From Actinomycetota bacterium (GTDB lineage: Bacteria > Actinomycetota > UBA4738 > HRBIN12): DNA of 37,897 bases. The DNA lies in contig JBBDWS010000097.1 in the NCBI GenBank assembly GCA_040902755.1, positions 47,120 to 85,016 of the forward strand, given 5' to 3'. This document shows, piece after piece, positions 16,820-24,424 of this stretch (position 1 is the first letter of the stretch; each line of letters opens with the position of its first letter). The notes below the pieces were generated by a model, which saw only the letters and a list, made by a program, of their open reading frames with translations, had not been told where the DNA came from and ran no database searches. Both the position numbers and the translations under genes were made by a program.

Positions 16820-17101
16820 CTAGTGCCCTCTCACTCTCGCTCCCCACCGCGCAGTTCCGCCTCTATACTGGCGAACCCAAGGCTGCACGTCGCTCTTGCT
16901 CCAGAGCGACCCACGCGCGTACCGAGCCGAAGGTGGTGGAAACGAAGGGTCATGGCGTAGCTGGTCAGCGCGCTGCTTGGAGATTCCCAGCAGCCCGGCG
17001 ATGTCGACGAGTCTGAGTACGTCCGCCCTTGGTTGTTCGTCATTGCGGCCCGCTGGCTGGCCGGTGGCAGTCCGCCTATTCAACCGCGGAAGGCCCATCA
17101 T
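16820..17101 (-). CDS. xis: Excisionase/AlpA-family (MerR-like HTH_17) DNA-binding protein
   Basis: LRLVDIAGLLGISKQRADQLRHDPSFPPPSARYARGSLWSKSDVQPWV follows the Xis/AlpA pattern of a helix-turn-helix followed by a wing with conserved W. It overlaps the upstream gene by 26 nt; an alternative TTG start lies at 17083. Confidence 0.68.
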   Translation of the reverse strand: MMGLPRLNRRTATGQPAGRNDEQPRADVLRLVDIAGLLGISKQRADQLRHDPSFPPPSARYARGSLWSKSDVQPWVRQYRGGTARWGARVRGH

Positions 17102-18191
17102 CAGAACTCGCGCCGCTCCGTTGCGATTTCGACCAGCAGCTCAAGCAGCGAGGACCTTCCGGGTCCTTCTCCTTGCGCGTGAGGTGCGAGTCGCACGCGA
17201 GGTTTCCACACACCACACAGCTCTCCGCGGCGTCGAAGCGACCGCAGATGCTGCATTGCGAAATGCGTCGGACACGCCGCTGCTGTTTTACGAGGTCCGA
17301 CAAAGCACGTGTGCGCTCGATTGATGGGAAGTCGGGAGGAACATCCACATTGGGCACCGCTTCTGGCATCGTGGTCGGCCAGAAGGTGGTGCCGGTGGTG
17401 AAGCCGCTCAAGGACTCTGCCGGGAGGAACGTTCCTTCCGGGATGGTAAGCGGACTCCTTTCCTGCAAGGCGGTGAGTTCTGTCCTCGACTTTTCGAGTG
17501 AAGCCTCGAGCTCGGCTACGCGATGCTCAGCAGACTCAAGTCGCTCCTCCTGTGCCTTGCCTGCTTGACCCAAGGCAAGTGCAGCCCCGCGCGTCTTCGT
17601 CAACTTCTCCTCCAAGTCGGCGACACGGGAGGCGAGCGCGTACTGCTCCTTCAACATGCGTGACTCGTCCGGAAGGATGTCACTCCAGTCCTCGATTGCG
17701 TCCTTCGCTGCAGCCTGCTGCTCCTGGACGACTCCAGCGAGCTTGTCAAGGGACTGCCGGGCTTGGGTGGTGAAGAGAATGGCATCGAAGGACTTTTCGT
17801 CCTTGTCAAGCACGAACTCCCGCCTCTCTCGGTTGACGAGGGCAGCGAGTCGGTCAAGGGCTCCCGAGAGTGTGACAACTCGGCGCAGAGCACTCCTCGC
17901 ATGGGGACGGATGCTCGCTTGAGCCGCAGCCTCCGTGCTCTGTCTAGCCGCCAGGAACGTAGCCCATATTGTGAGTCCAAAGGCGACGCCGCTGAAGAGT
18001 GCGACCTCGGGGCCTGTCAGCGCGCGCTCACGACTGACCAGCACCTGAAGCCCCACCGTCACGGCAGCCAGCGTTCCGAGCACGAGGGTCTGCCAGTACA
18101 GTTGCCACCAAGACCTTTTCTCGGTGTTCTGATTCATGACCGTGAGCCGTCCCCGCTCCGTACCATCATCCGCTGGGTCCATCGTGAGCAA
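17076..18191 (-). CDS. Hypothetical 2-TM protein with long coiled coil and C-terminal Cys-rich zinc-ribbon-like module
   Basis: TM helices are WWQLYWQTLVLGTLAAVTVGLQVLV and VALFSGVAFGLTIWATFLAA. A heptad-rich segment follows (LKEQYALASRVADLEEKLTK...RVAELEASLEKSRTELTALQ). The C-terminus reads CSICGRFDAAESCVVCGNLACDSH...RCLSCW. The start is ambiguous (TTG 18191, ATG 18182 or ATG 18137). Confidence 0.58.
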   Translation of the reverse strand: MLTMDPADDGTERGRLTVMNQNTEKRSWWQLYWQTLVLGTLAAVTVGLQVLVSRERALTGPEVALFSGVAFGLTIWATFLAARQSTEAAAQASIRPHARSALRRVVTLSGALDRLAALVNRERREFVLDKDEKSFDAILFTTQARQSLDKLAGVVQEQQAAAKDAIEDWSDILPDESRMLKEQYALASRVADLEEKLTKTRGAALALGQAGKAQEERLESAEHRVAELEASLEKSRTELTALQERSPLTIPEGTFLPAESLSGFTTGTTFWPTTMPEAVPNVDVPPDFPSIERTRALSDLVKQQRRVRRISQCSICGRFDAAESCVVCGNLACDSHLTRKEKDPEGPRCLSCWSKSQRSGASSDDGPSAVE

Positions 18192-18252
18192 TGCGGACCT
18201 TCACCGCAACCTCCACCGCCCGTTGGTCCCCCCTTTCCTCTCTTCATCCCTA

Positions 18253-18274
18253 ATAGTCAGCAAGGAGTCAGCAG
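18253..18274 (+). repeat. Tandem 11-mers ATAGTCAGCAA/GGAGTCAGCAG related to 10225..10246
   Basis: They share the AGTCAGCA core with 11-bp periodicity, in the same orientation as the left-end pair, and lie 70 bp inside the right repeat. Confidence 0.42.
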
Positions 18275-18341
18275 CAGCCATCTGGCCGATGTTGTTGGCG
18301 GCGGTCCGCCGGTAGCATCCCTGCAGCGTCCGCGGCTCTTC

Positions 18342-18398
18342 CTACAGCTGCACGAGGTTGTACGTGAACGAGTCGTAGTGGTCGACGACGAGGATCAC
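18342..18398 (-). pseudogene. trpG: Orphaned 5' remnant of trpG (18 codons, then TAG)
   Basis: GTG 18398-96 overlaps the trpE TGA (GTGA). It reads [18 protein letters not shown] and then stops at 18342-44, where island DNA begins. Confidence 0.75.
18345..18395. repeat. Right att-type direct repeat (51 bp, perfect)
   Basis: Identical to 10120..10170. The duplicated peptide [16 protein letters not shown] also appears in two track ORFs (8758..11352 and 17763..18608). Confidence 0.85.
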
Positions 18399-19891
18399 GA
18401 CGGGCTCGCCTCGGCATCGAGGACGGCGGGCAGGAGCGCGGCCGCCTTCGCCTTCGTCTCCGCGAGCTCGACCTCGGGGTCGGAGTCGGCGACGATCCCT
18501 GCACCCGTCTGCACGTGCGCGCGTGCGTCGGCGACGACGGCCGTGCGGATCGTGATGCAGAAGTCGAGGTCGCCGGCGAAGGTGCAGTATCCGACCGCGC
18601 CTGCGTAGGGCCCGCGCGCGGTTGGTTCGAGCTCGGCGATGAGCTCCATCGCTCGGCGCTTTGGCGCGCCCGTCACCGTCCCGGCGGGGAACGTCACGGC
18701 CAGCGCGTCGAGGGGGTGCCGGCCCTCGGCGAGCTCGCCCTCGACGGTGCTCACGATGTGCATCACCTTCGAGAACCGCTCGACGACCATGAGCTCGGTG
18801 GGCTGCACGGTCCCGGGGGTGCAGACGCGCCCGAGGTCGTTCCGCGCGAGGTCGACGAGCATCGCGTGCTCGGCCCGTTCCTTCGGGTCGGCCAGGAGCT
18901 CGTGCTCGAACAGGCGATCGCGCAGCTCGGTCTCACCGCGCGGCCGCGTCCCGGCGATCGGCCGGGTCGTGACGCGACGGCCCTCGACGCGCACGAGCGG
19001 CTCCGGCGACGACCCGGCGAGCTCCAGCCCCAGCATCCGCACGAAGAACATGTACGGCGCGGGGTTCGTGACGCGCAGGCGCCGGTAGACTGGGAAGCCT
19101 CCCCGCGAGGAGGCGAAGCTCACGCGCCGGGACGGCACACCCTGATAGATGTCGCCGGCGAACACGTGCTCTTTCATGGAGCGCACGATCTCGCGGAACC
19201 GCTCGTCCGGCATGTTCGGTTCGCCCGCCCCCTCGTCGGCGAGGCCGTCTCCCGGTGGCTCGGGCCGAGGGGAGGCGGGGGACGAGAGGCGCGCGGCCAG
19301 ATCCTCGAGCGCGGCGATGCCGTCGTCGTACGCGCCGGCCGGCACGTGCGCGACGAGCAGGAGGCGCTGCCGCCAGTGATCGAACACGACCGCCCGGTCG
19401 ACGACGAGGAGCCCGATCGGCGGACCGGGCGTCTCGCCGGGGGGGAAGGGGTGTCCGTCGAGGAGCACCGCCGCCTCGTACGACAGGAAGCCGACAAGCC
19501 CTCCGGTGAGCGATGGCAGGCCCTCGACCCGCGGCGCGTGCAACCGCTGCGCCAGCGCCACGAGATCCGTCCGCGCTTGGCCCGTCCCCTTCACGTCGAA
19601 CCCGAGGTCGCGCGCGACGTCGTCGACTCGCAGGCCCTCCTCGTCCAGGATGACGACCGCCGCCGGATCGCCCGCGACGAAGGAGTACCGCCCCCAGCGC
19701 TCGGAGCGTTCCACGCTCTCCAGCAGGACCCCGGGGCCATCGCCTGCGAGGGTGGGGAACACGCCCACCGGCGTCGAGACGTCGGCCAGCAACTCCGTCC
19801 ACACGGGGACGAGCCGGTTCGCCCCTGCGAGCGAATCGAAGGTGTCCCGATCCGGCCGGACCTTCACGTCATCACCTCGTGAGCCGAACAA
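18395..19891 (-). CDS. trpE: Anthranilate synthase component I
   Basis: 498 aa with LLESVERSERWGRYS (the LLES-X10-S Trp feedback motif) and the chorismate-binding core (GAPKRRAMELIAELE, GPYAGAVGY). The start is TTG 19891 or GTG 19868. Confidence 0.9.
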   Translation of the reverse strand: MFGSRGDDVKVRPDRDTFDSLAGANRLVPVWTELLADVSTPVGVFPTLAGDGPGVLLESVERSERWGRYSFVAGDPAAVVILDEEGLRVDDVARDLGFDVKGTGQARTDLVALAQRLHAPRVEGLPSLTGGLVGFLSYEAAVLLDGHPFPPGETPGPPIGLLVVDRAVVFDHWRQRLLLVAHVPAGAYDDGIAALEDLAARLSSPASPRPEPPGDGLADEGAGEPNMPDERFREIVRSMKEHVFAGDIYQGVPSRRVSFASSRGGFPVYRRLRVTNPAPYMFFVRMLGLELAGSSPEPLVRVEGRRVTTRPIAGTRPRGETELRDRLFEHELLADPKERAEHAMLVDLARNDLGRVCTPGTVQPTELMVVERFSKVMHIVSTVEGELAEGRHPLDALAVTFPAGTVTGAPKRRAMELIAELEPTARGPYAGAVGYCTFAGDLDFCITIRTAVVADARAHVQTGAGIVADSDPEVELAETKAKAAALLPAVLDAEASPS

Positions 19892-19898
19892 CGGCGAA

Positions 19899-19918
19899 CC
19901 CCGGGAACCGGCCCGGGG
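19899..19918 (-). terminator. Candidate attenuator terminator hairpin just upstream of trpE
   Basis: The minus-strand RNA reads CCCCGGG-CCGGUU-CCCGGGG. The 7-bp stem extends to 9 bp with flanking A-U and G.U pairs and is followed by UUCGCCGUUGUU. It ends 8 nt before TTG 19891. Confidence 0.3.
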
Positions 19919-19963
19919 CTCTCGTCGCGATGCGTTCGGTTTTCGAGCGCGCGGACCCGGGCG

Positions 19964-20008
19964 TCAATCGCCCCGGGGCCAGGACCAGCGGTTCTCGCGC
20001 TCGGCCAT
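19964..20008 (-). CDS. trpL: Candidate trp leader peptide MAERENRWSWPRGD
   Basis: A 14-codon ORF with two Trp codons (W-S-W) lies 72 nt upstream of the trpE start. Its 3' codons (UGG CCC CGG GGC) are part of a CCCGGG-type repeat set able to form alternative hairpins. There is no strong SD. Confidence 0.35.
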   Translation of the reverse strand: MAERENRWSWPRGD

Positions 20009-20143
20009 CTGGCGCCGATGGTCCCATCGCCGGCCGCGCCGCGTCAACGGAACGTGGAGCGATGCATCGATAGCGATGGTGCATGGACGAGCCACGCAGC
20101 CTGGCGGTAGGGTCCCGGCCAGCCGCGCAGGGGAGGCCCGCAT

Positions 20144-21730
20144 ATGCGCTCGTTGATCCGGCCGATGCTCGTCCTGTTCGTGCTCGCCCTCACGGCGTCG
20201 CCGCTGGCGGCTCCGGCGACGACCGATCCGGATCGTGCTCGTCCGGACGCGAGGATCGCCTCGCGAGCCGTCGTGCACGGGCGCGGGGTGTCGAGCTCGC
20301 AACCGCGTTCCACGTCCTTCGAGGTGTTCGGGCAGAGAGAGCGCGCGGCCAGCCGCCTGCGCGCGACAACCGCTCCCGAAGCCCGCGCTCCTTCCTCGTT
20401 GTTCGGCTTCGACGCGCAGGGCCCCAACGTCGAAGATGCCAAGCCCTCGGACACGATCGGGGCGCTTGGCGACACCTTCTTCGTCACCGCAGTGAACGTA
20501 AGGGTCGCCGTGTACGACCGCCTCGGGGTCGAACTGGTCCCGCCCACACTCCTCAGGTCGCTCCATTCCGATTCGGCGGGGCGCTTCGCCTTCGACCCGA
20601 AGGTGGTCTACGACCAGTACAACGACACCTTCGTGCTCGTGTACCTGGTTCAGGAGGACTCGCCGCGACTCTCCCGCATCATCGCGGTCGCGATCCCGAA
20701 CGCGACCGCGACCGACCTCAACACCTGGTGCGCGACCTCGTTCCCCGGCGACGCCCTCGCGGGTCCGCCGGCCGTGTGGGCCGATTATCCGGCTCTCGGC
20801 TACAACGAGGACCGCGTCACGATCACCTCCAACCAGTTCACGTTCCCCTCCTCCAAGGGGCGGTTCCGCTTCGCCCAAGTCATGTCGATCCCGAAGGCGC
20901 CTTTGTACGACTGCACCCAGCCGTCGCCGGTACCGGACGTGTTCGGCGGGACGCAGACGCGTGACGCGAACGGGATCCAGGCCTTCACCCTCCAGCCGGC
21001 GCAGACGGTGGGGACGCCGGCGTCGTCACAGCTCCTGCTCTCCGTCCAGCTCGCCGGGCGGAACTCCTACCTGGCGCTGTGGCGGATCAAGGAGACCGCG
21101 ACGAGGGTGGTCCTGAAGAAGGGGACGGTCACGATCGGGAAGACGACGTTCCCGCCGTTCGGGACCCAGGCCGGTGCGGGGATCAACAACCGCGACCTCT
21201 GGTGGGATGCCGGCGACATGCGGCTGATCAACGCGTACTTCGACGCCGATCGCAACGAGCTGTTCGCCGCGCACGCCGTCGGCAAGAACCTCAAGCCGGA
21301 CTCCGTCACGGGTGGGTATCTGGAATCGGTGGCGCGATGGTACGAGGTCACCCCTAGGATGCGCCTGGAAAACTCGACGCTCGCGCGCAAGGGCACCATC
21401 GGGGCGCCCGAGGTGGATGTGGGATGGCCGTCGGTCGCCACGGATGCCTCGGGGAACCTCTTCGTCACCTACAGCCGGGCGGGATCGCCGACCAACGAGT
21501 TCCTCTCCGCGTGGGTGGCCGAGGTGGGACCGACCGGGACCGCGGCGACGCAGCTCCTGCTCGCGCCCGGCCTGGACACCTACGACGCGACCGGGGGGCC
21601 GGAGCGGTGGGGCGACTTCACGGGCATCAACCGCGACCCCGTCGTGCCGACGAATCTCGCGACGTTCAACCAGTACGCGCTCGACGGTCTCACGTGGCAG
21701 CAGGTCGTGAACGTCGTCACGCACAGCTGA
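20144..21730 (+). CDS. Secreted hypothetical protein (signal peptide)
   Basis: ATG 20144 follows AGGGGAGG. The N-terminus MRSLIRPMLVLFVLALTASPLAAPA looks like a Sec signal. The remaining ~500 aa is beta-rich and I recognise no family. Confidence 0.7.
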   Translation: MRSLIRPMLVLFVLALTASPLAAPATTDPDRARPDARIASRAVVHGRGVSSSQPRSTSFEVFGQRERAASRLRATTAPEARAPSSLFGFDAQGPNVEDAKPSDTIGALGDTFFVTAVNVRVAVYDRLGVELVPPTLLRSLHSDSAGRFAFDPKVVYDQYNDTFVLVYLVQEDSPRLSRIIAVAIPNATATDLNTWCATSFPGDALAGPPAVWADYPALGYNEDRVTITSNQFTFPSSKGRFRFAQVMSIPKAPLYDCTQPSPVPDVFGGTQTRDANGIQAFTLQPAQTVGTPASSQLLLSVQLAGRNSYLALWRIKETATRVVLKKGTVTIGKTTFPPFGTQAGAGINNRDLWWDAGDMRLINAYFDADRNELFAAHAVGKNLKPDSVTGGYLESVARWYEVTPRMRLENSTLARKGTIGAPEVDVGWPSVATDASGNLFVTYSRAGSPTNEFLSAWVAEVGPTGTAATQLLLAPGLDTYDATGGPERWGDFTGINRDPVVPTNLATFNQYALDGLTWQQVVNVVTHS

Positions 21731-21763
21731 GGCGGCACACGCGAGCGCTATCCTGAGAGGCCC

Positions 21764-23473
21764 ATGAGGCTCTCGCATCTGTTCGCCCCCACGCTTCGCG
21801 AGGATCCCGCGGAAGCGGAGGCGGCTTCGCACCGGCTGCTGCTGCGCGCCGGGTTCATCCGCCAGGTCGCCTCGGGGATCTACGTCACGCTCCCGCTCGG
21901 GCTCCGGTCGATCCGCAAGATCGAGCGCATCGTCCGCGAGGAGATGGACGCCTCGGGCGCGCAGGAGCTGCGGATGCCCATCCTGCTTCCCGCAGAACCG
22001 TGGAAGGCCACGGGCAGGTGGGAGCTGTACGGCGACACGCTGTTCCGGCTAACGGACCGGCACGGCCGCGAGCTGCTGCTCGGTCCGACGCAAGAGGAGG
22101 TCGTCACCCTGCTCGTCGCCGGGGACCTGCCGTCGTACCGCGACCTGCCGGTGAACCTGTATCAGATCGAGTGGAAGTACCGCGACGAGTTCCGCCCCCG
22201 CTTCGGCCTGCTCCGCGGCCGCGAGTTCCTCATGAAGGACGCGTACACGTTCGACCGCGACGAGGACGGCATGGCGCGCTCCTACGACGCGATGTTCCAG
22301 GCGTACCGCCGCATCTTCGACCGATGCGCCCTGTCGTACGTCATCGTCGAGGCGGAGCCGGGACAGATCGGCGGGGGGGTGAACCACGAGTTCATGGCGC
22401 GCGCGGACGTCGGCGAGGACCTGTTCGCCGAGTGCGTGAACGGCGACTATCTCGCCGACCTGAAGGCCGCCACGCCGCAACCGCCGGAGCCCGCCGCGCG
22501 CGACGGGTCGGCACCCCTCGAGAAGGTGCACACGCCGAACGCCGCCACGATCGACGCCGTCTCCACGCTCCTCGGGCTGCCGGGGAAGCGGATGCTGAAG
22601 ACGATGCTGTACGAGGCCGGAGGGACGACGGTCGCGGTCCTGCTTCCGGGGGACCGCGAGGTCGAGGAAGCCAAGCTCGAGCGGTTGCTGTTCCCCGCCC
22701 CGGTCCGGCGGTTCGAGGACGGTGACTTCGTCGCCCGCGGCTTCGTCAAGGGATACGTCGGTCCCCAGGGACTCGAGGAGGGCGTCACCGTCCTCGCCGA
22801 CCACGCGGTTCGGGGAGCGAGCGACTGGGTGACGGGGGCGAACGAGGCCGAACACCACGTCACCGGCGCGAACACACCCCGAGACTTCCGCGTGGACCGG
22901 TACGAGGACCTCGTGGCGCTCCGCGACGGGGATCGCTGTCCGAAGTGCGGCGGGGAGCTCCGCGTCGGTCGTTCGATCGTGGTCGGCCACATCTACCAGC
23001 TGGGCACCCGGTACTCCGAACCGCTCGAGGCGACCTTCATCGACGAGGACGGGTCGCAGCGGCTGTACCAGATGGGGAGCCACGGGATCGGGATCTCGCG
23101 CGTCCTCGCCGCGGCGGCCGAGCAGTTCCACGACGACGGGGGGTTGCGCCTGCCCAAGGTCATGGCGCCCTTCGCCGCGGTCGTGATCGTCGCGAACCGG
23201 GACCACGAAGGGGTCGTCGCGGAAGCCGAGCGGATCTACCGCGAGCTCGCCGAGGGCGGCGTCGAGGTGGCGCTCGACGATCGCGAGGAGACGGCCGGGG
23301 TCAAGTTCGCCGACGCCGACCTGATCGGGTACCCCGTCCAGGTCGTCGTCGGCAAGCGCGGCGTCGCGGTCGGCACGGCCGACCTCAAGCTGCGCGCGAG
23401 CGGCGAGCGGTCGCAGGCGCCCCTCGCGGAGGCTGCGAATGCCGTCGTGGACTTGCTCGAGACGGCGCCGTAG
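21764..23473 (+). CDS. proS: Prolyl-tRNA synthetase (bacterial type with editing insertion)
   Basis: 569 aa with class II motifs (FRLTDRHGRELLLGPTQEE, EFLMKDAYTF, HGIGISRVLAA) and a C-terminal anticodon-binding domain. Confidence 0.93.
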   Translation: MRLSHLFAPTLREDPAEAEAASHRLLLRAGFIRQVASGIYVTLPLGLRSIRKIERIVREEMDASGAQELRMPILLPAEPWKATGRWELYGDTLFRLTDRHGRELLLGPTQEEVVTLLVAGDLPSYRDLPVNLYQIEWKYRDEFRPRFGLLRGREFLMKDAYTFDRDEDGMARSYDAMFQAYRRIFDRCALSYVIVEAEPGQIGGGVNHEFMARADVGEDLFAECVNGDYLADLKAATPQPPEPAARDGSAPLEKVHTPNAATIDAVSTLLGLPGKRMLKTMLYEAGGTTVAVLLPGDREVEEAKLERLLFPAPVRRFEDGDFVARGFVKGYVGPQGLEEGVTVLADHAVRGASDWVTGANEAEHHVTGANTPRDFRVDRYEDLVALRDGDRCPKCGGELRVGRSIVVGHIYQLGTRYSEPLEATFIDEDGSQRLYQMGSHGIGISRVLAAAAEQFHDDGGLRLPKVMAPFAAVVIVANRDHEGVVAEAERIYRELAEGGVEVALDDREETAGVKFADADLIGYPVQVVVGKRGVAVGTADLKLRASGERSQAPLAEAANAVVDLLETAP

Positions 23474-23483
23474 GCTCGCGGGC

Positions 23484-23768
23484 ATGGCGGCCGGGCGCGC
23501 CCCCAACGGGCTCCGGGACTTCGTGAAGCTCCATCGAGAGGTCGAGGCCGTCCTCCAGCACGCCGGCCTTCGGACGTGGGACCTCGTGTTGATCGACGTC
23601 GAGGGCAACTGGGTCCGCGACGTCTTCGAAAGCGACGAGACGGCCGAGCGTGCATGCCACGAGCTCGGGATCCGGATGCACCGCGGTTGGGACGACCCCC
23701 GGCTGACGCGCCGCATGAACAGCCGCGACCACTGGAACCGTCCGGGCGGGCAGCGCCGGGCCCTGTAG
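23484..23768 (+). CDS. Small hypothetical protein (94 aa)
   Basis: ATG 23484 lies 8 nt after the proS stop. Codon bias is consistent with neighbouring genes. I recognise no motifs. Confidence 0.5.
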   Translation: MAAGRAPNGLRDFVKLHREVEAVLQHAGLRTWDLVLIDVEGNWVRDVFESDETAERACHELGIRMHRGWDDPRLTRRMNSRDHWNRPGGQRRAL

Positions 23769-23875
23769 CCCCCCGCCGATCGCTCGAGTTGCCCTGCTCA
23801 GCAGAGCCGTGACCGGGTCCGGACGTCCCTTGTCCGGTATACTTTTCCGCGCAAGCAACGGAGCGGTTTCACCCG

Positions 23876-23902
23876 AAGTGGGCTCGCGCCCACTTTCTTT
23901 TT
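23876..23902 (+). terminator. Intrinsic terminator / leader attenuator upstream of rimP
   Basis: aagtgggc-tcgc-gcccactt forms an 8-bp perfect stem with a 4-nt loop, followed by tcttttt. It ends 15 nt before GTG 23918 and immediately precedes the rimP SD (GGAGGGA, 23904-10). Confidence 0.6.
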
Positions 23903-23917
23903 CGGAGGGACCCTTCG

Positions 23918-24424
23918 GTGGGTGCGGCAGCGGAGCGGGGGATCGTCGAGCAGCTCGTTCGGCCGGTCGTGGAGGCCGCCGGGTTGGAGCTGTGGGACGT
24001 CTCGTTCGAGAAGGAGGCCGGCCGGATGGTCCTGCGGGTCGTCGTCGACCGCGACGGCGGGATCGATCTGGACACGATCTCCTCGACGTCCGAGCGCGTC
24101 TCCAGACGGCTGGACCTCGAGGGGTTCTCCCTCGACCGGCCGTACTCGCTCGAGGTGAGCTCGCCCGGCCTCGAACGGCCGCTGCGCGAGCCCCGGCACT
24201 TCGAACGGAGCGTCGGGCAGTCCGTCAAGGTGAAGACGGTGGTGCCGGTCGGCGGCAGGAAGACGCACGAGGGCGCGCTGGTCTCGGCCGACTCGGAAGC
24301 GATCGTGATCGCATCCGACGGCGGAGAGCTGCGCGTCCCGTACGCGGACATCGCGTCCGCGCGCACCATGTTCGAGTGGGGCCCTGCGGTGACGAAGGGG
24401 CGCGTGAAGGGGAGCGACACATGA
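23918..24424 (+). CDS. rimP: Ribosome maturation factor RimP
   Basis: VEQLVRPVVEAAGLELWDVSFEKEAGRMVLRVVVDRDGGIDLD...YSLEVSSPGLERPL is typical RimP. It lies upstream of nusA. Confidence 0.88.
   Translation: MGAAAERGIVEQLVRPVVEAAGLELWDVSFEKEAGRMVLRVVVDRDGGIDLDTISSTSERVSRRLDLEGFSLDRPYSLEVSSPGLERPLREPRHFERSVGQSVKVKTVVPVGGRKTHEGALVSADSEAIVIASDGGELRVPYADIASARTMFEWGPAVTKGRVKGSDT

Larger units (their letters stand above)
10120..18395. mobile_element. Integrative island (~8.2 kb) inserted into the 5' end of trpG, bounded by 51-bp direct repeats
   Basis: Identical 51-mers lie at 10120..10170 and 18345..18395. A tyrosine integrase sits next to the left repeat and an Xis/AlpA-like HTH lies near the right end. 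A truncated trpG start is left fused to the trpE stop at the right end. The interior has visibly lower third-position GC and far fewer shadow ORFs than the flanks. Confidence 0.82.
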
